DNA of 64,000 nucleotides from Lytechinus pictus (Eukaryota): NCBI RefSeq assembly GCF_037042905.1, contig NC_087252.1, positions 9,240,001 to 9,304,000 of the forward strand, read 5' to 3'. Shown piece by piece: positions 1 to 12,134 of this stretch (position 1 is its first letter; each line of letters starts with the position of its first letter). The notes under the pieces were generated by a model. It saw only the letters and a program-made list of their open reading frames with translations, ran no database searches and was not told where the DNA came from. The position numbers and the translations under genes were made by a program.

Positions 1-2719
1 GCTTGGTGCCTTTTCCTATGTTTTCATATCACTGATCTAATAAAACAAAATATATTATGTGTTTGTCCATACCGTGAAATATAAAAAGGACACGTTTGGA
101 CTTAAATAGAAACTCAGAAATCGAACCAAAATTATTCAAGGTTGAATGTATTTTTCCTACAATTGGGAATAGAAGTTGTTTATAAAATCCCTAATATGCG
201 TATAGACGCTCTTCCAGCATAGCGTTCTACATGTATCGTTGAAAATATTGCTGAGCTGTCTGAAATAAAAATTTTGTTCTGTCATGTCTGTTGGTTGATT
301 GATTAATTGAATTTATTCGTCAAGAATATCACAAGAAAGGAAATACAATAAATCCTATGAAAGTATAAAGACATTATTGTAATGATAAAAATTATAAACG
401 TGGTATGATAATAGGACATACATGTATTTAATAATTTACAAAAAATAATTTACAAAAAACCTGAGGTAAAGAGCAATTATCTATTTCTTTTTCAAACAAG
501 ATTATTATCTACAATACTGAAAACCAAGAGTACAAAACGTGCGTTTGTGCTGGCTGTCGATTAGATTCTAGTTTTTTGCATTAATAATAATGATAATACT
601 AACGCAGTTCTTGTATAGCGCATGTCATTGCGTTGAAAATATTGCCGCGTTGTCTGAAATAAAGGTTTTGTTCTGTCATGTATGTTGTGTTTGGCATGAC
701 CGTCAGCGCAGATGATTATCTGTTGCGTTGGGGGCGCAACTGAAGATGTCCCCAGCCCCCCCCCCCCGAAACTTAGATGATAATCCTTTGCGCTGACGGC
801 CGTGATTTCGGGGTGGATAGATGGTAAGAGGCAATCGACATCGAAGGCGTCTACACGACATATAGGGGTTTGTAAACAACCTCTATGTACAATTGTAAGG
901 AAGAATACCTCCCACCTTAAATAAGTTTGTTTCAATTTTAGATTAAGTTTCTTTTTAGGTCCAAACGTGTTCTAATGCTATTCGTGGTATGCACAGACAA
1001 ATTAAATAATATTCTTTAGATCAGGGATATGGAAAGGAAAAACCTTTCATATTGAAAATGAAATTAACCATATTAGGGGAAGGTGGGACATAACGATCAT
1101 AGAAGGAAAAAATAATTTTTTGAAATTTTCATAAGTGAATAAAGTACGCCCCCCTTTTACAAAGTATTTGGAGCAGTCGACATGGCGGCATAATATCAAC
1201 CATGAACTTTCATCCAGCAACATCTGAGCACATCCAAATAAAGTGTTTTTAAAAAAGTGCACCCTTCTTCCTTTCCTTTTCCTCTTTTCTTTTTCCCCTT
1301 TCCTTCCCCTTTCCCTTTCTGTCTCCCTCCCTTTTCCTGTTTTCCCCTGTGAAATAAGCTAGGGGGCACCTTGCCCCTTTCCCCCCACCAGCCCCCCCCC
1401 CTGCCTGTTACGCGACTGCCAAAAACAACAAACAATATTCGAATTGGAAATGTTTTTCGATAATTATAAATATTCTCTTAAACGTTTTTGCTAAACTATT
1501 TCATTGATATAATGCCTCATGGAAAAAATGAAACGGATCTGGAATTCAGTGTGGGAAAATTTATTTTGAAATAATGATGATAGTGTATTCCCGCTGCAGT
1601 TAAATTATTTTCCAAAATAAGAAAAGCAAAAAAAAACTCTAATAAAGATACCAATATGCCATTCGATATGCACCAAAAATAGTTATCTCTAAACAGACAA
1701 CCTTAGCCCCTTAAATGAAATTTGTTATTATTGACTTAAGTTTGTTCATGGATACAATGGAAATAGGTTGATCTCTCCGTTTCAGGTGTGTCAAAGCAGT
1801 TAATTCAAATGAAACGGTTCATTTAGTATTAAATATGAACAGTGATCCAAAGGAAATCAAATTATTCGTGCTTTCACACGCCATGTTTTTTATAAATTAG
1901 TCGTTTGGAACTTAAATCTGAAAGTAAATAAGCCAAAATCAAAATGAAACTAAAAAAATCAGATTTTATTTTTCCTTTTTCGACGGGGCACAAAAGTTGT
2001 TCACAAAACCCTGACGGACGCTTTCATCATGCTCAAAGGCAATTCTATTGCAGAGATATTTATGTATTGTGTAAAAAAAAAGTTTATATCTAACGAATCT
2101 ATAATTTTATGAATTTGCACACCAATAACAATAAAAACAGGTCAAGAAATTATCTAAAGTGAAACTAACATTGAAATTAAAATAAAAACAATTCCAATTT
2201 TAGAAATGATTTCTAGAAGGGGCTTAATAGATATTTACAAAATCCTGACGGGCACTTGAAACGGCACTTCTTGTGTAGGTTTTTTTTTTGTTTCTATATT
2301 GCGTGAAAAAGAGTTAATTCTATGTGAATACTGTATATGAATTAGTAATGTTTTGACTGTAATCCTCATTTTTTACACTCTTACTCGATCTTTCCTTGTC
2401 AGTCGAAAAATTGGGAAATTTGATTGCAAATGTATAACGTTTTACAAGGCACGCATATTGGTTTCTACGTTTTGTTTGATTTTAAAAAAAAGGTGTTTGA
2501 CTGGTTCTTCTCCCCCATTATCAGTGTAATTTAAAGATTATTACGTCCATAATTTTAAAAAGGGAATTGAATAGACGTTGGCAATTTAAGATTATACAAA
2601 AAAGTACGAAATGCATTGTTGCAAAAAAAACAGTGCTGTTATTGGGTGTAGCCATAGAAAGCCCAGATCGGATTATTAAAATGACCACACCTGATAACAT
2701 ATGAAATATATTAAGTAAA

Positions 2720-2986
2720 AAAAAATGATGAAAATCCATATTTTATTGTTCGAAATAGACATTAAATGAAATACTCCGAAAACTTGTTTGCCCAATTGAT
2801 CGTGGGCCCGGTAGCCGCTGTGCAGGGCCAGATCGACGAGGCTCTATCCCTTTAATCGTTGAACGCCAAACAGGGTAGCAGCCACTGCAATCTTTTAACG
2901 TCTTTTGGTCTGACGCTGTCGGGGTTTGAACTCCCGACCTCCCGGTTGTGAGACGGCCGCTCTACCAACTGAGCCAGCACACCGGT
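2720..2986 (-). mobile_element. tRNA-derived SINE with Meta-like central core
   Basis: Minus strand reads ACCGGTGTGCTGGCTCAGTTGGTAGAGC (A box) ... GGGAGTTCAAACCCC (B box), then CAAAAGACGTTAAAAGATTGCAGTGGCTGCTACCCTGTTTGGCG, similar to the MetaSINE core. The 3' boundary is approximate. Confidence 0.8.
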
Positions 2987-3317
2987 GCATACATGTACAC
3001 CGGTATGAGAACTATATCAATAGAAACTTAATTAGTGAATTGTAAAGCTTATGCTTAGATACTGATAAATAAGTAATTTGAATCTTCATATTTAAAACCC
3101 TGCCACATGCGCGAAAAGCAATGCAGTAAAGACAAAATTGAGGTACAAAAAGAAGATTTAATCTTTTTTGACGTGACATATGTGTCACGCCATCGACAAC
3201 CACAATCTGTCAGGGAATGTTCTCTGGAAATAGCTTCAGAAGTCTTCAAAAAGTAAAAAATAGCAAATAATATCTGAAGAATGTTTCATTTTTTCCATAT
3301 ACTCCCAAAATTCGGTA

Positions 3318-3894
3318 AAGTCCACCCAAGAAATATGTTGATTTGCATTAACAGAGAAAAATCTAACAAGCATAACATTGAAAATTTCATGAAAATCGGA
3401 ATGTTTTGTTTATTTTTCACAAAACAGTTATATGCACAACTGAAGAAAAGGCAAGTGAGAGAGCCGATGATGTCCCTCACTCATTTTTTATTTTGTTTTC
3501 TTTTTTATTGTTTGGATTAAACAATATTTCAGTTTTTACAGATTTGACAATAAGGACAAACTTGACTGAACCACAAAATTATGAAACAATAATTCCACAT
3601 GTTCAGGCCTCAAGTAGAAATAAAACTTTGATTTTACAGGACAGTGAGGAGAAAATTAGAATCGTTCTTATTTCATACAATAAAGATCTAAAGAAACAGT
3701 GATTGGATGATGTCATCAGTCCTTTCATTTGCATACCGACTAGAATGTGCATAATACTGTTTTAAGAAAAAAAGCGAAACTTAAAAGTTTCATAACTTTG
3801 CTATTTTACAATCGATTTTGATGAAATTTTCAGTGTTATATGCTTGTTTGATTTTTTTATGCAAGTCATTTTTTTTGTTGGGGTGGCTTGTCCT
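3318..3894. mobile_element. Kolobok-like MITE with decayed left end
   Basis: Long imperfect terminal inverted repeats (AAGTCCACCC...GAAAATTTCAT / ATGAAATTTTC...GGGTGGCTTGTCCT|TTAA). Same family as 23912-24473. Confidence 0.7.
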
Positions 3895-4346
3895 TTAAAA
3901 TTGAATTAATTACTTTTCCCTACTGTTTCCAAATGGAGTTTGAGCAAGACGCACATAATTCAGATCTTATTGTTGAGAATACCCCAATCTTTAAACCTTG
4001 TTTTGCGGCTTGTATTCCGTCAAGGGACAATGCTTATTCTTCCTCCCCTGTCCTCTCTTTTTTTTTCTCTCTCTCTCTCTCGCTCTCTATGGGTGCAACT
4101 ACACATAATGAATATCATCGTGATTCTAACAAACAATCTGCGCAAACGAAATTCGAAGTCACCCAGTATGACTTTTTTTAAAAATCTAGAATCTATTGAA
4201 TAAAGTGTAAACGCAAACGTGCGTTTCATTCCCTTTCACGTCAAATAGATGCCGTTCTACTGGTCCAGCCCCCAAAACAGATTTGTCCTATCATGTACTT
4301 CCTACAGGTCTTCATGCATATTCATAGAAGAGACAAAATTGTGTCA

Positions 4347-4382
4347 TATATAACAAGCTTCCAATCCATACCTGTACCAGTT
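4347..4382 (+). promoter_or_regulatory. Putative core promoter (TATA + Inr) of the 336-aa gene
   Basis: TATATAA at 4347-4353 and Inr-like CCAGTT at 4377-4382 (A at 4379, 32 nt downstream). A consensus donor CCG|GTAAGT follows at 4449/4450. Confidence 0.55.
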
Positions 4383-4449
4383 CAACCTCCGACTAGCATT
4401 CAAACAGTTCATCAACAGATTACTCGTCATCACTTCTTTGCCCATTCCG
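4379..4449 (+). other. Putative non-coding exon 1; intron 4450-6805
   Basis: Donor CCG|GTAAGT at 4450. Acceptor with pyrimidine tract CTTCATTGTTCTCATTCTTGCCTAG ends at 6805, 15 nt before the ATG at 6821. Confidence 0.6.
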
Positions 4450-4479
4450 GTAAGTGTTTCTTGTTAGTTCATACATACA

Positions 4480-4482
4480 CAT

Positions 4483-4543
<61 letters not shown>
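4480..4543. repeat. (CA)n/(TA)n microsatellite
   Basis: Directly visible. Confidence 0.95.
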
Positions 4544-4548
<5 letters not shown>

Positions 4549-5154
4549 GTGTGAAAGTATACATGTACAACAACTTTGGCAACTCTTTTATTGAAACATT
4601 TTGTGAAAGGAATGGATGAAGAGAACAATAGTAGGCGTAGCTTAAATCAAGGTTCCCCAGAGCTATCTGCCCTTTTGGAAAAATAGGTAATGCCGAAAAA
4701 ATGTCTCTGCCGGGAATCGAACCCGGGCCCCCAGCTTTGAACGCCGGTGCCTTAACCACTGTTAATGTTTCAATAAAAGAGTTGCAAAAGTTGTTGTACA
4801 TGTATACTTTCACACATTTGTATGCTTTCTCCCATACGTGTACTGTATCAAAGCAAAAGCTTTGATCCAGCTGAGGCATGGCGGCTTGTCATTGTTCAAA
4901 ACCCACCTACACCCGACAAAGGAAATAATAATTGGTATAGTGTCGAAAATCTGTCTATCTGACGGTCAGTCGGATCGGGGTCACCCTAGCCACTAACCCG
5001 TCTCTGTGGTCTAGTGGTTAAGGCACCGACGTTCAAAGCTGGGGGCCCGGGTTCGATTCCCGGCAGAGACATTTTTTCGGCATTACCTATTTTTCCAAAA
5101 GGGCAGATAGCTCTGGGGAACCTTGATTTAAGCTACGCCTACCATTGTTCTCTT
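4544..5154. mobile_element. Microsatellite-embedded non-autonomous element with permuted inverted architecture (Penelope-like)
   Basis: Flanked by (TA)n on both sides. 4544-4599 is inverted at ~4764-4820, and 4620-4760 is inverted at ~5013-5153, so two outward-facing partial units each run into TA repeats. Confidence 0.55.
5000..5071 (+). tRNA. tRNA-like cloverleaf with anticodon TCA, probably element-borne or pseudo-tRNA
   Basis: Acceptor GTCTCTG/CAGAGAC, D stem GTCT/AGGC, anticodon arm CCGAC-GTTCAAA-GCTGG (one mismatch; none in the inverted copy), 4-nt variable loop, T arm CCGGG-TTCGATT-CCCGG, then TTTTTT at 5072-5077. Confidence 0.6.
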
Positions 5155-6296
5155 TATATATATATTTGTGTGTGTGTGTGTGTGTGTGAGGGAGGGTGGG
5201 TGTGAAGGTGTGTGTGTAATAGGGTAATGATTTTGTACATATAAAATATGAAATTTAAAATATTAAATTTTCATTAATTTCTGCAAAATAATCCTTTTTT
5301 TTTTCTCAGTACGGCATTTGGTATTTCGTAATACAAAAAGTGCTTAAACTGACCCCGTTCATGTTATGAATATCAATCAAAATTGGGGCTTACGTTTTGC
5401 ACTTAGTATATTGTTTCTTAATAAGATACGCATCGTATCCATGCCTATATTAGAATGTTTTCAAATTGCAGCTCGAGTTTCATGCTCTCATCATTTGTTT
5501 AATGAAATACCTGTATGTCCTAGGTATATAACCTGTTCGAGATTATAATGTATGCTCATATGCATCCTTTTCAGATCAGTTAATGAAAACAAAATCATCC
5601 GTGCTTTATCGCGCTCGAATGATTTCTTTATACCTCAGTCATATTTTCTCTACGGCCGGCGTACGGCGGCAGTGAATACCTTAATTCGAGAGATGTCTGC
5701 GGCGGCCGCAGGGTCGACGTACGGCGGATTCCCTACAGGTCGTAGGGGTGGCCTCGGAATTATAGCGTAAAATTATAGTATTTTTCATTTCTAAGCTCGC
5801 CGTAAAAATTAGACTAGCCGTAGCCATGGCAGAAGCGGTCCTACGTCGAGCGTACGTTGGTCGTGCGGCGCCCCTGTGGTCGAATGGTGCTCGTCTTCCC
5901 TCCTTTCCCCTTCTCATTTGGTTTTCTCTGCTTGGGAGCATGGACGGAAATCTGTCCCCAAAGGTAGGGGAAACGAAGGGCTAGAAAAATTGGCAAGCAA
6001 GAAAGCAAAATAGTAAAAATGCAAGGTCATTCAGTCCAAAATACATGTATTATTTCCATTTTGAATGATGTCTTTTCTCCATCATATTAAGAGACTCAAA
6101 ATAGTAGGGGGACATTTGATATTGTGTCCCCCTCCCCCTACTTTTTCGATAATACATTACGGTTTGTTCTCTGCAATATACATGCATGTCAAATAAAATG
6201 AAATCTCCCTTTAGAAAACAAAAATGCAGAAAAATACACTCTTTTGGATCCTTATCATATTATGTTCTCTTTAAATTTTAGTTAATGGGTGGGGAC

Positions 6297-6356
6297 CAGT
6301 GGCGTACCTAGGATTTTCCACAGGGGGGGCAAAACCGTCCGCCCAAAAATTTGACA

Positions 6357-6394
<38 letters not shown>

Positions 6395-6528
6395 TCTTCA
6401 AGCTCGTCAGGGGCATTAGAGGTCTTAAAGCCCGTCAGGGGGGGCAAAGATACGTTTTTGCATGGGTTGTGACCCGTCAGGGGGGGGCAGAGTGCCCCCC
6501 CCCTGCCCCCCCCGTAGGTACGCTAGTG
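6297..6528. mobile_element. hAT-like MITE
   Basis: TIR CAGTGGCGTACCTA / TAGGTACGCTAGTG. Perfect 8-bp TSD GTGGGGAC (6289-6296, 6529-6536). Confidence 0.85.
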
Positions 6529-6820
6529 GTGGGGACCTAGTTCACCCACGTCCCGTCCAGTTCACCCCCATTCTTTCTAGAAAAAAAAAAGAGTTTTCGC
6601 AATTGCAACAGCGCGGCTTCGGTAACTCAGTAAATGTATAGAAAAGGTCCGTCAAGTGAAAATGAGTAGCATGGAGGACAGTCGTTTGTCCATAGTCTAG
6701 GAAGAAATTGTTGTTTTGATTCACCAATCTTGGCCCCGCCCTAACTTGATATGCAATGAGAAGTTCAGGTGAATAATAATCTTCATTGTTCTCATTCTTG
6801 CCTAGATTATAACGAGAGAC

Positions 6821-7831
6821 ATGGCTGTTTCTCGGAACGAAGATAATACAAAAAAAGGTCTTCAAACCTTGGAAGAAAGCCTCTCTGAGATACCCTTGAA
6901 CATGCGGCTTTTCTCACTCGCGATGCGTTCTTTGTATGCTGACAAAGCAGTTGGAGGGGACAAGAAAGCTGCTGTAGACTTCCGAAAGCTCCGTGACAAC
7001 ACACGTCACGACGCAATGGTCTACCTAAAAGGAGTGCTTCCGGTGGCCACCAAGTTCGTTTCCAACATCAGTGAGTTCTTCGAGTTTTACTCTGCTCTTT
7101 CGTACGAAGAATGGTGCGACATGTTGAAAGATATCCAACAGGAAATAAGCAGCTATAAGGGACTTGCTGAGGTCTTTGTCAAAATGCACGAAGATATACT
7201 GGTAACGCTGAAGAAAAGAGAAGACGAAGCCGCAGTGATTGTCAAAAAACTCCAAAACCTTCAAGAGGAGTACGACAAGAGAATAAAAGAACTCAGAAGT
7301 ACCGCCGAAACGGAGATTTGGGCAATTGGGCTGTCATTTGTTCCCTTTATAGGCGCTATAGCAGCCACAGTGCTAGAAGCCTGCGCATACACTGACCTTG
7401 CAAAAGCAGTCGCTAAAGGAGAAGAGAGCCACATCCTAGAAAGAGGCGCCATAGCAATCAAGGAAACTCTCATCCCTGCCCTCGAAAAAATCATCGGTGG
7501 TCTTGAGGATGCAGCCGGTTTCTTTTCTGTCATGGAGAATGAGCTAGCGAAATTTGAGGGCAACGCCAACAAAGCCTTAGAATATAAGATGCTTCATTAC
7601 AAAGTGATGAAGAAAGAAGCCGAAAAGATGGATGGGCTGTGCATGAAATTCCACGCTGTTCTACCGGCCGTCCGTACTGATTTTCTCACCATCCCTACGA
7701 CTGGAACCGACAAGTCCTACGTTGATAAGTGGCTTGAAGAGCAGAAGAAGGTCATCAAAAGAAAGCTAAAATATAAGGCTGTTGGTATCTTGAAAGCCAT
7801 CAGAGAGCATGACCCTGCTTCTGAAAAGTAA
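6821..7831 (+). CDS. 336-aa helical/coiled-coil protein with central hydrophobic hairpin; candidate ClyA/HBL/Nhe-like alpha pore-forming toxin
   Basis: Uninterrupted 1011-nt ORF, GC-richer than its flanks, with a splice acceptor just upstream. Long amphipathic helices flank the segment IWAIGLSFVPFIGAIAATVL; no signal peptide. The product call is inference from this architecture. Confidence 0.85.
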   Translation: MAVSRNEDNTKKGLQTLEESLSEIPLNMRLFSLAMRSLYADKAVGGDKKAAVDFRKLRDNTRHDAMVYLKGVLPVATKFVSNISEFFEFYSALSYEEWCDMLKDIQQEISSYKGLAEVFVKMHEDILVTLKKREDEAAVIVKKLQNLQEEYDKRIKELRSTAETEIWAIGLSFVPFIGAIAATVLEACAYTDLAKAVAKGEESHILERGAIAIKETLIPALEKIIGGLEDAAGFFSVMENELAKFEGNANKALEYKMLHYKVMKKEAEKMDGLCMKFHAVLPAVRTDFLTIPTTGTDKSYVDKWLEEQKKVIKRKLKYKAVGILKAIREHDPASEK

Positions 7832-8759
7832 AATATACGAAGTAGAACGGAATATCACGCGCTGATATAAAATCATCAACAGGGCCTATCTTACTGTTGA
7901 ACATGATGTCAAAATATATCAGGAATTCATGTTTTTGTACTAAAAATGTCAAGGGTTTCTAGTTTGAAACTGTTTAGAAACTTTGTCCCATATTGGCACA
8001 TCTGGCCTCCTCGAAATTTTTGGCCCATTGCATAACTCAAAACATGACAGTGCACCTGTGATTTCCTGGGGAGAATTTGGCAAAACAGATCAGTCCGTTT
8101 CAAATCTTGCTCTCTTTGAGCTGCATTCAAAACATACTGTTTGAAGTTGCAAATATTTGTATATATTATGTCGCTTTACATCGCATCGTATTTCATAATG
8201 ATAAACTAAATCAGTTTGGTTTAATACAGACCAAAACATGCTGGTATATGCTAGAGGCCCCTTCTATACAAAAGAATTACAAACATTTCATATTATTTTG
8301 CTGAAGTGTCTAAGATTTGTATTAAAATAGGACACAGTTGTTTTTCTTTCATTTCTTAACATATAATGTTTTGAAGGTTTACTTGGTGTTATTGAGAATA
8401 TAAAAGATAATAATGCTTTATCAAATCATGTGATAATTTTGATAAAAATATGATTTACACTAATCGTAAACTGGGGAGTGTTCCCACATGTAGGTAAATA
8501 CGCACGAAATACATTGACGCTGCACCATACTAAATTGAAAATGTTTCCCTGTCGTAGGTTAATGTCGTAAGTCAATTATATTTTAGTATTTATTTTATTA
8601 CATTTAACTCCATGTCACTTCCCTTTTTCATTTTTTTTATTTCACTGATCTTCACCCATCAAAGTCAATTGACAAAAAAAAATCAAATATAAGGTTATCT
8701 TGCGACAAAGCTCCATTTGGATTAATGATTAATAAATATAGTATTTAATAATTATAAAT

Positions 8760-8780
8760 GATAATAATAAGAATAATAGT

Positions 8781-8814
<34 letters not shown>

Positions 8815-8815
8815 G
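8760..8815. repeat. (AAT)n microsatellite
   Basis: Directly visible. Confidence 0.9.
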
Positions 8816-9871
8816 GAAAATTATAATTTTATGAACAATAGCAATAATGATATCAGTAAATAGTAATGGTAAATTAATAATAATACAATTATGAAAAATA
8901 TTATTGTCATTTGAAGAAAAAAGTCATAAAGCAGATAGGTTCTTAATAATTCACATCTTGTTTTTTTTTTTTTTTTTTTTTGTGTGTGTTGCATATATAA
9001 TTATCCGATAAACTTTATATAGCTGTACCCTTATTTTTTCTAAGAATAGACGCAGAGATGTTTTATTTCTGTATTCACATGATTTCACAAACATGTGGAT
9101 CTATATAGAGACATAAGCGGTATAACCTTTTTTCTACATTTCTTTCTATTACATGATGTATTTTATTGATGTTCGGTGTTGGGCATGTTTCGGTATATAG
9201 TTTAAAAAATACAAGTAAAAATAATTGGTTTCTGCATGTGTTTATGGGTAAATGGGTTACGTTTTTACGAATAATTTTACGAAAAATGATGCAATGATCA
9301 AAAAACTTTATTTTCCTTCCTTTGTTATAATTGATGTATACTTTGGTTTGTATTCTATTTACTATGTATGGGAAAAATGTAATCTGAATAAAGGCAAAAA
9401 AAAACTATGGAACTAAAACCTACAATTTGTGGTCCCATTTCATGCTTTCGTCTACCTGTCTTGGTTGGTAAATCACAATCGTCAATCATTTTAACTTGTA
9501 TTTATCACCTCTTTCTGTAAATTCACTAAATCGATATACATGATCGCCTAATTTGGGTAGATTTAACAATTTATTGCAAAACTGTAAGATATGTAAATTG
9601 TTCTTGCAATGTCCCTGGCTTACATATTGGTGACTTTGTTGACTTCTCTATCGGTTACATGTTGAAAAGTACATTTTCTAGTTTGAATCAAAAGAAAACT
9701 GTGATGAATATAGGCTTACATTATTATGGAATTCTTTGTTATTTCCTCAACAGTGGTGTACCAAGTGGGGGCAGGGGCAGTCTGCCCCGCCGCCCCCCCC
9801 CCTCCCCTCCCTTCTGGCGGATTTATCCTGGGGGGGCAGGACAAGGGGAAGAGGGAGAGAGAAAGCAATTC

Positions 9872-9975
<104 letters not shown>

Positions 9976-11338
9976 CGGAAGGAAGGAGAGAAAGAAAGAA
10001 ACAGGAAGGAGATAAAGAAAGTAAGTAAGAAAGAAAGAACAAAAAAGAAAGAGAAAGGGAACGAAAGGAAGAAACAGAGGAATGAGGGGGAAAGAAAGAA
10101 CATAAAGAGGAGAAAGGTAAAACGGGAGCAAAGGGGGTAAAGGAAGGAAAGAACAAATTATCCTGAAATACTATTATAAGAGTGAGAAACGGGAAATAAA
10201 TTAAAATTTGGCAAAATGGCAACATTTATTACGGGAAAGGAAAAGAAAATAGGCACCAAAAAAAGCGGATATGAAGGTAGAATGGAACGAGCTAAAATGC
10301 TATGTGAAATTTGAGTTAAAAAATGAAGAAAAACAAACAAGGCCGGGAAAAATAAGAACATGGCCGGGCTGCCAATTAGAAATAAAGAACGAGAAGAAAG
10401 AATGGAATAGCGAATGTATATGAATTAGTCTTATCATGCTTTTAGGCTTGCCGCAATCAGGACCCCCCAAAAAATATTAAAATTAGAAAGGTTCAACAGG
10501 TACCGCCAAAACATTGCCTATCTCCCTAGCTATGGACCTTCATCCTAGGTCCATACATAGACATAGACATAGACATACATAGAAGACATAGACATGCCCA
10601 TTTAATGACATAATTTCCATTTCAGAAAGCCTAAAATTTTCTCGCTCGTGAAAAGGAAATATAGCTCACTAATCGAACGATATAAGGCGAATCACAAGCA
10701 GAAAATAGTTGATGCTAAGACGTGAAAAGTGAAGATGTAAAGGTTTTAATGGCAAACAGTGCCCCTTTCTCACTTAACAGATAATACAAGCGCGAGGCGC
10801 GGGCAGAAATTCTGTATAGGCTGCACTGACCTAGAAGGAAAGTTTTAAACACTGTTCGGGAAGTAAAAAAAAAGAATCATGAAGAGGATACGTACGACAG
10901 TAAATGAATAATGTCAGCGAAAAGCTCCAGCTGATTTATTTTTCAGATAAAGATGGGCATTAAATAGTTAACGCGGTCGCGAGGCATAATATTGAATATT
11001 TTATATAGTGACATGCAAAAGGAATATCTAAAGGACTCTTTTCAAGAATTCACAACTGAAATAATGCGAGCGCGAAGCGCGAGCCTTAGTTTTTTTTTTT
11101 ACATTTAGACCTGAAAAGAATCGTTTCAAGCATCGTTACACATTTAGAAAAGTCAATATGCGGATATTTTTGTCAGTAAATAAACCAACTGAAATACAAG
11201 ACCTCGAAATATTTTTGGACGGACATCACATGGCCAATTTTGTCCCCCACCCTTAAATTTGGGAGAAACCTCTCTCCCCATCCCCTAGTCTCACACCCGT
11301 GGTGTTTTGATAGGACAACATGTAGGTAATCAAAGTTA

Positions 11339-11494
11339 TACCTCGGTCAAATTTGGTCTACGGCGGCCGTACGTACAGCGAGTCAGAAACAGCCGTTTTA
11401 ACAAATTGTAATAATATTATGAATTAAAATAATGAATAAAACAGCTCTTTTCGACTCGCCGTACAATCGCCGTAGAGCAAATGTGACCAAGGTA
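11339..11494. mobile_element. Small palindromic MITE (PIF/Harbinger-like)
   Basis: TIR TACCTCGGTCAAATTTG / CAAATGTGACCAAGGTA with TTA on both flanks. A related left end lies at ~5631. Confidence 0.65.
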
Positions 11495-11548
11495 TTACGG
11501 GTGTTGAACTCATAGAACATTTTGATTTCGTTACATACTCTTATAGGG

Positions 11549-11983
11549 CAGGGGCGGATCAAGGAATTCCCAAAAGGGGGGGCACATTTTCCAAAGGAAA
11601 ATTTGATAAGCAAAAAAAAAGGGGGGGGTTCACTAGAAAATCTAGAAAATAAAGGTCATATTATTTGTCCCTCGTTAAATTTCACAAGCCAAAGGAAAAT
11701 TTGATAAGCCCAAAAAAGGGGGGGGGTTCACTAGAAAATCTAGAAAATAAAGGTCATATATTTGTCCTGCGTTAAATTTCACAAGCAAAAACTAAAAATT
11801 TGTTTCAATAAAAAGCCCCCGACAAATTCCCAATTCCCAATATTTGGTGAGACTCTCAAAGGGGAGGGGGGCTACTGGTGTATGAACGATATATTTACAT
11901 TAAAAATGTTGACTATGACACACAAAAGGGGCGGGTACGGCCGGGCCGGAAATGCCCCCCCCCCCCACCTGAATCCGCCACTG
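11549..11983. mobile_element. hAT-like MITE with internal tandem duplication
   Basis: TIR CAGGGGCGGATC / AATCCGCCACTG. Degenerate 8-bp TSD TTATAGGG/ATATAGGT. Internal duplicate at ~11591-11687 and ~11689-11785. Confidence 0.65.
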
Positions 11984-12134
11984 ATATAGGTATTACAATA
12001 AACACATTTGCTCATAAGCATATCAAGGGAAAAAATCCTAATTTCTTTTAACTTCATGCTTGCCGATTATATAGAGACGTTAAGTTTACGTGAAACGTAA
12101 TGTTGTGATACTATATACCCCTTATAAAAATCGC

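Noticed and set aside
20..1040. Degenerate inverted repeat (20-115 vs 940-1040) and the ORF at 561-935
   Set aside because: It is too decayed and cut by the window edge to define termini, and the ORF has no recognisable features.
4860..4980. Hammerhead ribozyme in the Penelope-like element
   Set aside because: No canonical CTGANGA...GAAA core with convincing stems was found by eye.
5000..5071. Genuine tRNA-Sec gene
   Set aside because: It lacks the long variable arm and extended acceptor stem of tRNA-Sec and lies in a repeat.
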